Below, one piece after another: positions 1-10,488 of a stretch of DNA of 64,000 nucleotides. The DNA is taken from IMG/VR virus record IMGVR_UViG_3300013772_000004; one strand, written 5' to 3'. Position 1 is the first letter of the stretch; the number at the start of each line of letters is the position of its first letter. The position numbers were made by a program, and so were the translations under genes. The notes beneath the pieces were generated by a model that worked only from the letters and a program-made list of their open reading frames with translations, was not told the origin of the DNA and did not search any database. The DNA is from an uncultured virus (IMG/VR IMGVR_UViG_3300013772_000004) (lineage: Duplodnaviria > Heunggongvirae > Uroviricota > Caudoviricetes).

Positions 1-1653
1 GTTGGGGGCTCGGGCGTCACGAATACCGCAGGCGCGAACGTGCTGATGAAGTCGGACGGCACGAACGCCGTGGCCTCGCGCATCACCGACACCGGCTCGC
101 TCATCACGACGACAGGCGCGGTGAATATCTCGGGCACGACCACGGGTTCACTATTCAACTACGCTGCGGGTGAGGCGACGTACCTCCGCGGCGGCAACGC
201 CACGAGCATCGTCTACATCGGTGACTCGAACACGGGCGGCATCAACATCGGCTCGACGTCCAACACCACGAGTATCCTCGGTGACCTCCACCCGTCTGCC
301 ATCGGCACGTTCACGCTCGCCGCTTCTCAGAACGACTACTCCCCTGCGGGCTTCGCTCATGCGATGGATGTGCTCGTCAAGCCGACTGCCAACATCAGCA
401 TCACGGGCTTTGCGGCGCAGCCAGACGGCTTCGAGTTCACCTTCCTGAACGCGGACACCGTTGGATATGGGATCACCTTTAATCAGGAGTCTGGTTCCTC
501 GCTGATCACGGATCGGCTCGAACTCCCCGATCAACTGGACGGCTGGATCATGTATGCAGGTTGTTCGGCACGCTTCCGCTACAACGCCGCGATCGGCGCG
601 ACGACGCTCGGGCGCTGGCAGGTTCTCGCGTGGTCCTGCGACTCGGCGCCTCGTATCGCAGCGACGTCGGCGTCGCAGACGAGCATATTCCAGGGTCCAG
701 CCGCCTTTAATGGAGGCGTCGTCAACAATCTGTCTGTCGGTGGCTACATTCAGACAACTGGCGGCGGCAGTTACATCAACAGTAATGCCGCCGTATATGC
801 GTTCGGTGGTGCGTCCGAACTTGGTAACAACACGCTGATCTTCTCGGAGACAACAAACGCAGCGGCTACTGGTTACATCAACTCAGTCGGCTACGCCGAG
901 GGTGTTACACAGCTTCGCGATCTCGAAATCGACGACGGCAAGGGTTCCGGTGGTCCAACAGGCACTCACTACATCGCGTACCTCGACGGTACGAACCATC
1001 AACTCGCGCTCCAGAACCAGAGCATCTTCCTCGCACGCCAGGTCATCACCATCGGCGGTACGTACACCCCGACGACCGGAACGCGGGCGGTGCGTCTGCG
1101 GATGTGCGGCGGTGGCGGTGGCTCGGGCGGTGCGAAGTCCGCCGCCTCGGGCGGCGGTGCAGGTGGCGCATACCTGGAGAAGTGGATCCGTCCTGGTGGA
1201 GGCACCGCGATTACAGGTGGCGCCGTGTCTCCGGGTGCCGCTGGTACGGCGGGTGCAGTGACTCCGACGAACGGCGGCAACGGCGGCGACTCAACCATCG
1301 TCATCCAGACCGTCACCTACACCGCAAAAGGAGGCGGCGGGTCCGTCCTCGCGTCTTCGAACGTCTCCCTTGGGGCTGCTGGTCAGTCCGGTTCGACGGC
1401 GGCAGACGTAAACAAACAGGGTGACCCGGGAACCTTCGGTGCCGTTATCTCTGGCACCTACGTCTCTGGCAACGGCGGTTCGTCTCCCTTCGGCTCTGGA
1501 GGCTTGGGCGTCAAGCTCACGTCTGGCTCGACGGCCGGTATCTCGGGCACGGAGAACTGCTCGGGCGGCGGCGGTGGAGCGGACTTCGCAGGCACAGGCA
1601 TCGGGGGTGGCGACGGCACTAAGGGATTAATCATCGTGGACGAGTACAGATAA
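1..1653 (+). CDS. Gly-rich tail fiber / virion protein, 5'-truncated
   Basis: Frame is open from base 1. Gly/Thr-rich beta-type sequence with a typical Gly-rich C-terminal domain (MCGGGGG...GGGAGGAY...GLIIVDEY). Lies in the tail module. Confidence 0.7.
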   Translation, partial: VGGSGVTNTAGANVLMKSDGTNAVASRITDTGSLITTTGAVNISGTTTGSLFNYAAGEATYLRGGNATSIVYIGDSNTGGINIGSTSNTTSILGDLHPSAIGTFTLAASQNDYSPAGFAHAMDVLVKPTANISITGFAAQPDGFEFTFLNADTVGYGITFNQESGSSLITDRLELPDQLDGWIMYAGCSARFRYNAAIGATTLGRWQVLAWSCDSAPRIAATSASQTSIFQGPAAFNGGVVNNLSVGGYIQTTGGGSYINSNAAVYAFGGASELGNNTLIFSETTNAAATGYINSVGYAEGVTQLRDLEIDDGKGSGGPTGTHYIAYLDGTNHQLALQNQSIFLARQVITIGGTYTPTTGTRAVRLRMCGGGGGSGGAKSAASGGGAGGAYLEKWIRPGGGTAITGGAVSPGAAGTAGAVTPTNGGNGGDSTIVIQTVTYTAKGGGGSVLASSNVSLGAAGQSGSTAADVNKQGDPGTFGAVISGTYVSGNGGSSPFGSGGLGVKLTSGSTAGISGTENCSGGGGGADFAGTGIGGGDGTKGLIIVDEYR

Positions 1654-2483
1654 TGACCACATGGCATAAGAACGAGTCCATCGCCGCGAAGCGTCGCTGC
1701 GCAATTCTTGTCTACACCGCGGACGGTGTTACTCCTCTACCAAAGGCAACCTTCCTGGGAGTAGTCGCCGCGTCTGTCGCTCTGACCGGTACGCACCTCG
1801 CCACACTGTCGTCCACACAGAGTGGATCACTCGGCAACGGCAAGACGATCTCGCTCGTTGCCGACGGTGCAGGCACCGGCTCACTGACTGTGAGTGGAAA
1901 CGCCTACACGTTTCACTACCTGAGTGGAACGACGACCATGGCGAACTTCGTCACGGCCGCCACCTCGGTCTTCACCTTCTCCGGGCACACGCCGGCCGAC
2001 ATTCTCGTCAGTCCTGGCGACACGCAGGGACCTCTCACTCTCGCCGGTGGCGTAGACTATCCTCTCACAGTTCGTGACGAGCTGGTGGCCTACGGTGCGA
2101 CTCTCGGTACTCTGACGAATGCCGGCGTGGACGGCGTCTGGGTCTACGAGGCCACACAGGCCGAGACGAACAAGGTGTGTGCGGAGATCGACTACCGATT
2201 CACTCATCCGACCTACACCGGCGGACACACGTACGTGGATCTCAACGACGGCTATCTTAGCCCGGAGGGGTCGAACGCGCTGTGGGATACGCAGGTACTT
2301 CTCGAGCAGTCTCTAAGCCCTGGAGACTTTCTTCGACTCATCGGAGCCGCCGTCATGGCGCCGGTCGGCGACTTCCGCACTACGACGCAGACGGTTAAGA
2401 ACCTCGACGGCAGTAAGACACGGTTCGTCGTCACCATCGATGGATCCGGTCGTCTGGCTTTCACCCTGGTGGACGCGTCGTAA
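1653..2483 (+). CDS. Virion structural protein
   Basis: TAATG-coupled to the upstream gene; Thr/Gly-rich; tail module. Confidence 0.55.
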   Translation: MTTWHKNESIAAKRRCAILVYTADGVTPLPKATFLGVVAASVALTGTHLATLSSTQSGSLGNGKTISLVADGAGTGSLTVSGNAYTFHYLSGTTTMANFVTAATSVFTFSGHTPADILVSPGDTQGPLTLAGGVDYPLTVRDELVAYGATLGTLTNAGVDGVWVYEATQAETNKVCAEIDYRFTHPTYTGGHTYVDLNDGYLSPEGSNALWDTQVLLEQSLSPGDFLRLIGAAVMAPVGDFRTTTQTVKNLDGSKTRFVVTIDGSGRLAFTLVDAS

Positions 2484-2486
2484 CTC

Positions 2487-5372
2487 ATGTCCGTCGACTA
2501 TGGAACAGGCGCGGACGGAGCTCTTCACTACGACGGTGTGTCTGTCGTCGCTGGAGTGACTCCGGTCGCCAACGTCTATCAGCTGACTGCGAACGTCAAC
2601 GCATCGTCGATCGTCATCGACGGTGGCGTCACGATCTTCGCCGCCAACTGGCAGATCTTCTGTGCTGGCTCGCTGACTGGTGCTGGCTCGACGACGAGTA
2701 AGATCCACTGCAACGGCTTCGACGGCCCATACGGAGGTGGTGTCTCGTACGGTCTTGGAGTTCCGGCCGGTCACTACGCATCGAGCGCCAATGGCAACGT
2801 TGGGCAGGGGGCCTCCGCCGGTACCGGTCTTCCGTCTAACTATACTCAGCCTGGGTACGCGGCGGCCGGAACTGGTGGCGTTCTACCGACACCTGCGACC
2901 GACGGCCAGGACGGCCAGGACGCCATGAAGGGCGGCGGCGGCGGTGGCGTGTCTACCACCGGTCAGGGCGGAGGCGGAATAACGGGCGGCGCCATAGCGC
3001 AGATGACCGACAGCTATGGGTACGACGAGCAGGAACAGAAGGACGGATACGTCACGGGTAATTCCGTGTATCAGTACAATTGGGGATCCGGCGGCGGCTA
3101 CGGTACCACGGGAGCAGCAGGCACCTTCACGTCAGGTACGATCGATCCGCAGCATGGTAATGGCGGCGGTGCCGGCGCGTGTCTCTACGTCGCTGCGAAG
3201 AATATCAGCGGCGTTCGTCTCTCCGCGAACGGTGGTCGCGGATCGGATGCCATCGCGGGCAACAAGTACACCACGTGTGGTGGATCCGGTGGCGGTGGAG
3301 GTGGCGGCGGCGTAGTGATTCTCCACTACTCTACCAAGACTGATACGGTCACCGAGGCTCTCGGCGGTGTGGGAGGCCTCGGCGCGGCCTTCGGCACAGG
3401 GATTGAGGTCAGCAACGGCGGCAAGGGATTCGCCGGATATACTTTCCTCTACTTCGTGGCATCGGTCACCAGCCTGACGATTACGCCGAAGCCGGTACAG
3501 GGCTTCGTCGGAGACTTGATTCCGATGACGGTCGTCGCGAACTACAACGACGGTACGACAGTCGACGTGACGGCCACTGCGACGTACTCCACCACGGACG
3601 CGACGTACGCGACGGTCACCTCGGCCGGCGTGGTGCATCTGCTCGCCCAGGGATCTCCCGCACTGTTAGTCCAGGCCGTCTACGGCGGGTTCAGCGCGTC
3701 GGCGTCGATCATCGTATCCAGTGCGATGACCAGTGTCTTCTGGTGGGGACCGCTGGATCCCGACGCCTCTCACGGCTATCAGGCGTATTGGGGACCGATG
3801 TTCCCGGACTACCTACAGCCGAATGTTCTACCGCCGAGCGGACCGACGGGCGTGGCGAACTTCCAGCTGGATCTCGAGAGCGGCTCGAAGATCACGCTGT
3901 CGTGGCTGACGGACGTTGTCAAGACCTACGACGGTAAGGAGTACCGCGCCAACATCATCGACGAGCCCAAGGTCAAGTTCGACGGAACTGCGATCCTTAT
4001 CGGCGACGACACCCGCGCGATGCGCTCGATCCTCGCTCGGTCTGCCGCCTCTGGGCAGCCCTTCACTCTGGGCCTACCGTATGAGGAGATGACTGTCATC
4101 GGTAACGGCGCGACCGCTCAGCAGATCCTGGTTCAGTCGACGGCTGGTAGCGACTGGGCTCACTCGGTCGGTCAGTCCGTGATCGTGTTCTCGCCAGACG
4201 AGCACGAGACCGCACGCCTCGCGGTGGTTCAGCCCGGAGGTGGTGCGAACTTCATTCAGGTGGATGCCGACGTCTCGGCTGTCGCTCGTCGTGGTGCCCG
4301 CGTGATGCCTGCCGTCAGCATTCTACTGGAGGCCAATCAGGGCTTCGCTCGCTACCCCGGTACGGACGCCGTGGAGACCTGGCAGCTGCGAGCGGTCGCC
4401 TACGACTACGGCTTCCGGGCCATCGCCACACGCGCGTCGAAGACCATGGCCACGGCTACCGGCTTCACGAATCAGCTCGGATCTCTGGTGTGGACAGTTC
4501 CGGGAGCTTTCGCCAACGGCTACCGCCTGACGCTCGTCAACGACGGGACCTCGTTCCGTATCGTCTCTAGCGGCATCAACGAGTGGACCATTCACTACTC
4601 GGCGGGCACGTTTGGATCCAGCGTGTCTGGAGTGGTGTCACTGCTGCGTTCCGTCGGCTTCGACGTTACCGCGAGCTTCATTAATCTTCACTGGCTGATG
4701 GCGGCCGGTGACGCCGGCGACTACTACCTCACTGGTGGTACCGACGCGGCCGTTGGACTCTGGGGCAGCGGCGGGACAGTCGAGTATCTCGGCACGGCAC
4801 CGATCTGGGACCGGTATCTTCAGGTCGAGACCACGGCCTCCGACTCTATCCAGTCGATGACAGAGATCGTAGACTGGGACGGCGTGCCGATCTCGATCGG
4901 TCAGGCGAAGTATCCGGACTGGGGCAGGGCGATTCGTATCTCTCGTGAGATACAGCAGGAGTGGGCCTGGCTGAAGGCATTCCTGTTCACGGTCGCCGGA
5001 AGGTTCAGGTCCTTCTATCTGCCGACCTGGCGACCTGACCTGAAGTTTCACAGCGCAGGAATTGCTGGTTCGTACTTCATGCGAGTCAAGAATAACACGA
5101 TCGCCGACGGCGACTTCTTTGCCTGGTATCCGAAGAACAAGTACATTCAGATCGTCGAGGCGGATAACACAGTCAATCGTTTCCTGATCGACGGTGCGGT
5201 GGACAACAACGACGGAACCGTGTCTATCACTAGCGGCGGATTTGTCTACAGCGGCACGCCGAGGATGATATCGTGGGTCGAGTTGTGTAGGTTCGAGAGC
5301 GACGACTTTGAGATCACCTTTGAGGGAGTCAAGTTCACGATGGACGCCAGTGCCAGAGTGGTGCAGCAGTGA
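2487..5372 (+). CDS. Tail protein: Gly-rich N-terminus, Ig-like (Big_2-type) domain, C-terminal distal-tail-like region
   Basis: VTSLTITP...VANYNDGTTVDVTATATYST Ig-like motif; FYLPTW motif; directly upstream of the BR0599-like gene. Confidence 0.7.
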   Translation: MSVDYGTGADGALHYDGVSVVAGVTPVANVYQLTANVNASSIVIDGGVTIFAANWQIFCAGSLTGAGSTTSKIHCNGFDGPYGGGVSYGLGVPAGHYASSANGNVGQGASAGTGLPSNYTQPGYAAAGTGGVLPTPATDGQDGQDAMKGGGGGGVSTTGQGGGGITGGAIAQMTDSYGYDEQEQKDGYVTGNSVYQYNWGSGGGYGTTGAAGTFTSGTIDPQHGNGGGAGACLYVAAKNISGVRLSANGGRGSDAIAGNKYTTCGGSGGGGGGGGVVILHYSTKTDTVTEALGGVGGLGAAFGTGIEVSNGGKGFAGYTFLYFVASVTSLTITPKPVQGFVGDLIPMTVVANYNDGTTVDVTATATYSTTDATYATVTSAGVVHLLAQGSPALLVQAVYGGFSASASIIVSSAMTSVFWWGPLDPDASHGYQAYWGPMFPDYLQPNVLPPSGPTGVANFQLDLESGSKITLSWLTDVVKTYDGKEYRANIIDEPKVKFDGTAILIGDDTRAMRSILARSAASGQPFTLGLPYEEMTVIGNGATAQQILVQSTAGSDWAHSVGQSVIVFSPDEHETARLAVVQPGGGANFIQVDADVSAVARRGARVMPAVSILLEANQGFARYPGTDAVETWQLRAVAYDYGFRAIATRASKTMATATGFTNQLGSLVWTVPGAFANGYRLTLVNDGTSFRIVSSGINEWTIHYSAGTFGSSVSGVVSLLRSVGFDVTASFINLHWLMAAGDAGDYYLTGGTDAAVGLWGSGGTVEYLGTAPIWDRYLQVETTASDSIQSMTEIVDWDGVPISIGQAKYPDWGRAIRISREIQQEWAWLKAFLFTVAGRFRSFYLPTWRPDLKFHSAGIAGSYFMRVKNNTIADGDFFAWYPKNKYIQIVEADNTVNRFLIDGAVDNNDGTVSITSGGFVYSGTPRMISWVELCRFESDDFEITFEGVKFTMDASARVVQQ

Positions 5373-6226
5373 CGTTCGTCGCAGACGAGTCGGGTGTCGA
5401 GACCTCACGGCCGCGCGAGATCTACGAGATCAACATGGCGCCGGTCGCGATCAGTCCGGTGACCTTCAAGCTCTATGTCGCCTCCGGCAAGTACGACATT
5501 CTCTACGGAGGTAACGTCTACAAGGCGTACCCAGTCAATCGCAGTGACCAGGAGATTGCGACTCTCATCACGGATACTCACTTTCAGTTCTCTCTGCCAC
5601 TGGTTCACGATCTTCCTCGCCGATGGGTTCGTAACGGTATTCCACCAGACGTCGTCTCGATCACGTGTCGTCGAATTCAGCTTACGTCTGGTGAGGCGGA
5701 CGTTATCTGGTCTGGCGTAGTCACGTCGATGAGCATCACGGGCCACACTGCGAACTTCCAGGTTCAGTCCAGAATGCAGCGACAGATGAAGCGCAGGCTT
5801 CCTGTCTACGTGGTCAGCAAGAACTGCCAGCACGTTCTCTACGGTCCGAACTGCCGAGCCAATCCAGTCATTCACACCTTCGTCTACACCGTGGCGTACG
5901 TGAGTGGTCGCGACGTTCAGCTGAACTATGTTCCGTCACTCGGCGATCAGACTCGCTTTCTCGAGGGTGACTTTACCCACGATCTGACTGGGCAGAAGCG
6001 AACGATCAAGATTCAGGACGCACAGGACTACAACAATCAGGTTCATATCCAACTTCAGTCGATGATTCCGGAACTCAAGGTCGGTGACTCGGTTACCCTC
6101 CGAGAGGGTTGTAATCACGGTGCGATCCAGTGCGACGTGAAGTTCGACAATATCGGAAACTTCGGTGGATTTCCAGACTTACCACCGTCGAACGCCTTTG
6201 TCATGAACATAAAGACAGGGAGCTAG
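5369..6226 (+). CDS. BR0599/DUF2163-family tail (baseplate hub) protein
   Basis: C-terminal GCNH...C..KFDNIGNFGGFPDLP signature; C-Q-H-V-L-Y-G-P-N-C motif. Confidence 0.85.
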   Translation: MTFVADESGVETSRPREIYEINMAPVAISPVTFKLYVASGKYDILYGGNVYKAYPVNRSDQEIATLITDTHFQFSLPLVHDLPRRWVRNGIPPDVVSITCRRIQLTSGEADVIWSGVVTSMSITGHTANFQVQSRMQRQMKRRLPVYVVSKNCQHVLYGPNCRANPVIHTFVYTVAYVSGRDVQLNYVPSLGDQTRFLEGDFTHDLTGQKRTIKIQDAQDYNNQVHIQLQSMIPELKVGDSVTLREGCNHGAIQCDVKFDNIGNFGGFPDLPPSNAFVMNIKTGS

Positions 6227-6228
6227 TC

Positions 6229-7863
6229 GTGGGATTTACTGACGCAGTCGTTCCAGTGGGAGAGGCCGTAGGGCTTAAGATCGCGATGTCGAATCCATAC
6301 GTCGCGGCGGCGGCGGCGGCATGGCTCATCGGAGACTACCTCTACAACTACTACACTCAGACGGCACCTGAACCACCGAAGCCATCCGATAGGATCGCAC
6401 TGCCGGTGACCACGGTTGGGTCTCCAGTACCGATCATCTACGGTCGCTACCGTGTGAAGTCACCCGTGCTGGCCTGGAACAGTGCGGCGGCGGCGACTGT
6501 CTACAACAGCAGTCTCGGTAATGCTGAGTTCACCTACTCGATGTCGATGCTTTTCTGTGTCGGCTACACGTTTCGTGAGGGTAGGAATAAGGTTCTCGAG
6601 ATTTACTTCGACGACACTCGTGGAGTAGACAACAGGTCCACTACAAATCCAGCGTATCCTACACAGTACGTGACGGACTTAAAGGGTGATGGGGGTCACG
6701 AGAATCCAGCATCGTTCAGCCATACACAGTCAGTGCCGACCGCAACGTACGACGAGAGTCAGACGGGTGGTACTGTAGAACTACTGAACGGTCACTCTAC
6801 TCAACACATCTTCAATCCTGACGGAACTTCGAACACTCTCTACGGAGACGCCGTTCTGTACAACGGTGAGTTCAAGCGACAGACCCCAAACTACTACGGA
6901 ATGCTGAGTCTCTTTCTCAGCAGCTACGTTCCAAACTACGTGAACGGTGTGGCCGGACCGAGTCAGACACACCTGGGATTTCTTCTCGGTACCAAGGCGA
7001 CCATTCCCAAGATATCCTTCGAGGTGGAGACGCGTCCCGCGAGCATCTATGAGGACTACGTACTCCCGGGTGCAGTAGACGTCAACCCGATCACATGTAT
7101 GATCGATCTCCTGACAGACTCTCGCAAGCTCGGTAATCTACCGAGTCGGCTGGACATGGTCGGCTTTCACGCAGCCGAACTCAAGGTGATGCAGGAGGGT
7201 ATCCTCATGTCGCGAGCGTACGACACGAGGCAGCCAGCCAGCGATCTCATCAACGAGATTCTATCACTCGTAGACGGTATCTTCTACGAGGATCCAGCAG
7301 ACGGCAGGTACTACATCCGGCTGATTCGTCCGGACTACGACCCGTCTAGCATCAGGCAGATCAATCCGTCCAACTGCGAGTCGGTCGAGCAGTTCGCCGC
7401 TCCCGGGCAGTACGACCTGCCGAATCAGGTCTCGATCACGTACAGTAGTCGCGGCAACGCCTACGAGTCAGCCACCGTGAGTCAGCAGTCTCAGGGACTG
7501 ATCTATGGAACCGACGGCGACATTCGCGACGTGACGGTTCAGCTTCCGTGTCTATGCGACGATGCTCTCGCCCCACTGATCGCAGAGCGCGAGACTCACT
7601 CCCGCTGCATGCCTCTGATCAAGTGCGCTGTCATCGTGAACCGGTCCTTCTATACCGCTAGGCCCGGAGACGCGGTGAAGCTCGTGTGGCCGGAGGCAAA
7701 CATCTCCAGTATGGTGTTCCGGGTGGTGAACGTGAGTCGTGGTACGCTGCAGGACGGTAAGATCCGGATGAATCTCATCCAGGACTACTTCTACCAGTGG
7801 AAAAACAACATCCCAACCACGACCGGGATCATTAACACGGGCATGAGCACCCAGACCGTGTAG
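6229..7863 (+). CDS. Tail tip / central tail protein (phage-tail_3-like)
   Basis: PVPIIYGRYRV and NPITCMIDLLTD motifs; GTG start after GGGAG. Confidence 0.8.
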   Translation: MGFTDAVVPVGEAVGLKIAMSNPYVAAAAAAWLIGDYLYNYYTQTAPEPPKPSDRIALPVTTVGSPVPIIYGRYRVKSPVLAWNSAAAATVYNSSLGNAEFTYSMSMLFCVGYTFREGRNKVLEIYFDDTRGVDNRSTTNPAYPTQYVTDLKGDGGHENPASFSHTQSVPTATYDESQTGGTVELLNGHSTQHIFNPDGTSNTLYGDAVLYNGEFKRQTPNYYGMLSLFLSSYVPNYVNGVAGPSQTHLGFLLGTKATIPKISFEVETRPASIYEDYVLPGAVDVNPITCMIDLLTDSRKLGNLPSRLDMVGFHAAELKVMQEGILMSRAYDTRQPASDLINEILSLVDGIFYEDPADGRYYIRLIRPDYDPSSIRQINPSNCESVEQFAAPGQYDLPNQVSITYSSRGNAYESATVSQQSQGLIYGTDGDIRDVTVQLPCLCDDALAPLIAERETHSRCMPLIKCAVIVNRSFYTARPGDAVKLVWPEANISSMVFRVVNVSRGTLQDGKIRMNLIQDYFYQWKNNIPTTTGIINTGMSTQTV

Positions 7864-7908
7864 TGATGTAGCGTCTCCCGGCCTCTCTGTGGCAGCTCAG
7901 GCAAAGGT

Positions 7909-8625
7909 ATGCCAGACCCGAAGCACCCGCGTCCGCCTACCTACGTAGAGGACGACGATCAGCGCGTACGATCTCTCAAGGTTGGTCGTGGACAGACGCC
8001 GGTTCGAGGTCACCGCATTCCAGTGGAGATCGATCCAGAGATGACCCCACCGCCGATGATGCCACCGGAGATGGATGGCGCTTCTCCCGAGGACCAGATC
8101 CGCGTACTCCGTACAGTCATGGCCGAGCACGCGACGGGCATGGAGAAGCTCTGGGACAATCGTCACAACAAGGACAACATCCAGACGATTCAGATGGATC
8201 TTGCCCAGTTGAACACGAGCTTCCAAGAGTTCATGGTTCCCTCCGTGAAGGGCCTGCTCAATCGTGTCTCGAATCTGGAGCTTACTCTTCAGTCTCGGTA
8301 CTCCAAAGAAGTCATCTTCTACGATCACGAGTGGCCACAGTTCAAGCGAACCATCGAGAATCTCACTCAGTCGACGGACCGAGTTCAGAAGGACGTCGAT
8401 CGTATCGAGCGCGGCATGGACAAGTACCAGAGCGACTACGCCGGTCACGTGAACATATCGAATCAGCGGTACGACGAGCTCAAGATGAAGGATGGTCATC
8501 AAGAAGTTCGCCTTCGACAGCTGGAAGACTTCACCCTCGCCTGGAAGGTGAAGGTCGCGATGATCTCTACTCTGTTCAGCGGCGGTATCGCCGCCATCGT
8601 CTGGATTCTCAACAAATACACCTGA
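7909..8625 (+). CDS. Coiled-coil protein with C-terminal TM helix (lysis-cassette associated)
   Basis: Heptad-rich middle region; hydrophobic C-terminus. Confidence 0.5.
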   Translation: MPDPKHPRPPTYVEDDDQRVRSLKVGRGQTPVRGHRIPVEIDPEMTPPPMMPPEMDGASPEDQIRVLRTVMAEHATGMEKLWDNRHNKDNIQTIQMDLAQLNTSFQEFMVPSVKGLLNRVSNLELTLQSRYSKEVIFYDHEWPQFKRTIENLTQSTDRVQKDVDRIERGMDKYQSDYAGHVNISNQRYDELKMKDGHQEVRLRQLEDFTLAWKVKVAMISTLFSGGIAAIVWILNKYT

Positions 8626-8633
8626 GGTGAGTC

Positions 8634-9314
8634 ATGGCTAACACCGTCATTCGAGTCGTCGAGAGCAAGAAGTTCGTCATCGGTATTCTCACCACCATCG
8701 GTGCGCTCGTCGCTCGCTGGGGCTGGCACGTCGATCAGGAGACCATCCTGATCGTCATCGCTCCTCTCATGATCGCGATCGGTGCCGAGGGCTGGGCGGA
8801 CAGCTCTCCTGCCGCCGCCGAGAAGCAGAAGACTGCCAACGAGTACCACGATCGTCGTCGTGCGGAGAAGCTGATGCTCCGTGCCTCTAGACTTCCCGAC
8901 CACGGTCCTCAAGCAGGCTTCACCCGTCTGGGTCTGATGGCGGTACTGGCGATTCTGGTCGTTCCTCTGATGATGGCTCCGTCCTGTGGCAGCACCGGGA
9001 CAATCGGCGCCGGCAGTGCGGCCGTGGTCGTCATCGACTGTACGACCGCACACACCGCGGAGATCGCGGCACTGTTCGTGGAGCTCAAGAATATCCTCAC
9101 CGGCACGGCCGACTGGACCAAGATCGAGGATAGGGCTGTCGCTGCCGGCGAGCAGATCGGCGGCTGTGCGATCGCGGAGCTCGTGCAGGACTACCTCGGC
9201 GGTCGGGTCTCGGCACCTGTCGGCGAGGGTCAGGTCGCTCGCCGCACCCTCGAGGACTTCCGGGCTAACCACGCCCACAACAGCACGTTCCACACGCCGG
9301 CTGGAGATCTCTAA
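8634..9314 (+). CDS. Holin-like membrane protein with internal lipobox-like segment
   Basis: Two N-terminal TM segments; third hydrophobic stretch ending APSC. Confidence 0.5.
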   Translation: MANTVIRVVESKKFVIGILTTIGALVARWGWHVDQETILIVIAPLMIAIGAEGWADSSPAAAEKQKTANEYHDRRRAEKLMLRASRLPDHGPQAGFTRLGLMAVLAILVVPLMMAPSCGSTGTIGAGSAAVVVIDCTTAHTAEIAALFVELKNILTGTADWTKIEDRAVAAGEQIGGCAIAELVQDYLGGRVSAPVGEGQVARRTLEDFRANHAHNSTFHTPAGDL

Positions 9315-9317
9315 GTC

Positions 9318-10046
9318 GTGATCACGCGCGGCCACATGCGGTCTCTCGGTCGTGTTCGCTCTGTGAACACGATGCGAGCCGTTCGGCTGGCGAAGTACGT
9401 GAACGCCGACGCGGCTCCACCGAAGCGCAGCTGGATCGGTCCAGACAAGAAGTTCCCGTGGTTCGGCAACGACCAGGCGGGTGACTGCGCGTACGCCTCG
9501 CTCTACGACCGTCGCGTTCTTCTGGCTCGCCAGAGAGACGAGAAGTTCCTGGCCACCACTGGTGACTGTCTTCAGGACTACTCGCACACTGGCTTCGACG
9601 GTACGCCCGGAGACGCGACAGACCGTGGGTCGCAGATGATCCAGGTTCTCGATCAGGCGAAGAAGACCGGTGTCGCCGGTGACACGATCGAGGGTTACGC
9701 TCGCCTCGATCCTCTGGATCGTGAGCTGATGGAGATTGCGATCAACGCCTTCGGGTGCGTCTACGTCGGCGCGTCTCTTACCAGGCGAACTGTCGCCGAG
9801 GCTCCCAAGACCTGGGACATTCTTCCAGGCGATCGCGCCGACAACACTCTGGGCCATGCGTTCCTCTACGGCGGCTACGATCATCTCGGCTTCGAGACGG
9901 TCACGTGGGCGGCCGGTGACTGGTTCGTCACCAACAAGTTCCACGAGACCTGCGTCGACGAGGCGTGGGTCGTTCTCGACTCTCACTGCACTGACCTGGC
10001 TGGTATCTCTATCGACCGGCTACGTTACGATCTCAGTCAACTCTAG
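9318..10046 (+). CDS. Papain-like cysteine peptidase, candidate endolysin
   Basis: GNDQAGDCAYA (catalytic Cys) and GHAFLYGGYD...VTW (His); follows the holin-like gene. Confidence 0.65.
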   Translation: MITRGHMRSLGRVRSVNTMRAVRLAKYVNADAAPPKRSWIGPDKKFPWFGNDQAGDCAYASLYDRRVLLARQRDEKFLATTGDCLQDYSHTGFDGTPGDATDRGSQMIQVLDQAKKTGVAGDTIEGYARLDPLDRELMEIAINAFGCVYVGASLTRRTVAEAPKTWDILPGDRADNTLGHAFLYGGYDHLGFETVTWAAGDWFVTNKFHETCVDEAWVVLDSHCTDLAGISIDRLRYDLSQL

Positions 10047-10058
10047 GAGACACCCACC

Positions 10059-10466
10059 ATGGCGATGCAATTCTCTGTAGCGGTTCGTGACGCCCGCCTC
10101 GACGCGATCGAGACTCAGGTCGGTCTGAGTGCAGTCCTCAAGATTCTCTCCGGCGCCATGCCGGCGTCGTGCGTGACTGCCGACAGCGGTGTCGTTCTGG
10201 CGACGATGACTCTTCCGTCGGACTGGATGTCGGCGGCTGCGTCTGGCTCCAAGGCGAAGCTCGGTACGTGGGCGGACACCTCGGCCGACGCGACCGGCAC
10301 GGCGGGATACTTCCGCATCTACGACTCGACCGGTACGACCTGCCACGTTCAGGGCACTGTCACCGCGACTGGCGGCGGCGGCGACATGACGCTCGACAAC
10401 GTGTCGATCGCGTTGGCGCAGTCGATCACGATCACTGGCTTCACGCTCACCGACGCGAACGCCTAG
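10059..10466 (+). CDS. Small virion structural protein
   Basis: RDARLDAI...LKILSG...ADATGTAGYFRIYDS pattern of small phage structural proteins; AGGAG RBS. Confidence 0.6.
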   Translation: MAMQFSVAVRDARLDAIETQVGLSAVLKILSGAMPASCVTADSGVVLATMTLPSDWMSAAASGSKAKLGTWADTSADATGTAGYFRIYDSTGTTCHVQGTVTATGGGGDMTLDNVSIALAQSITITGFTLTDANA

Positions 10467-10488
10467 CGCGTAGATAGGAGGGCCCTGA

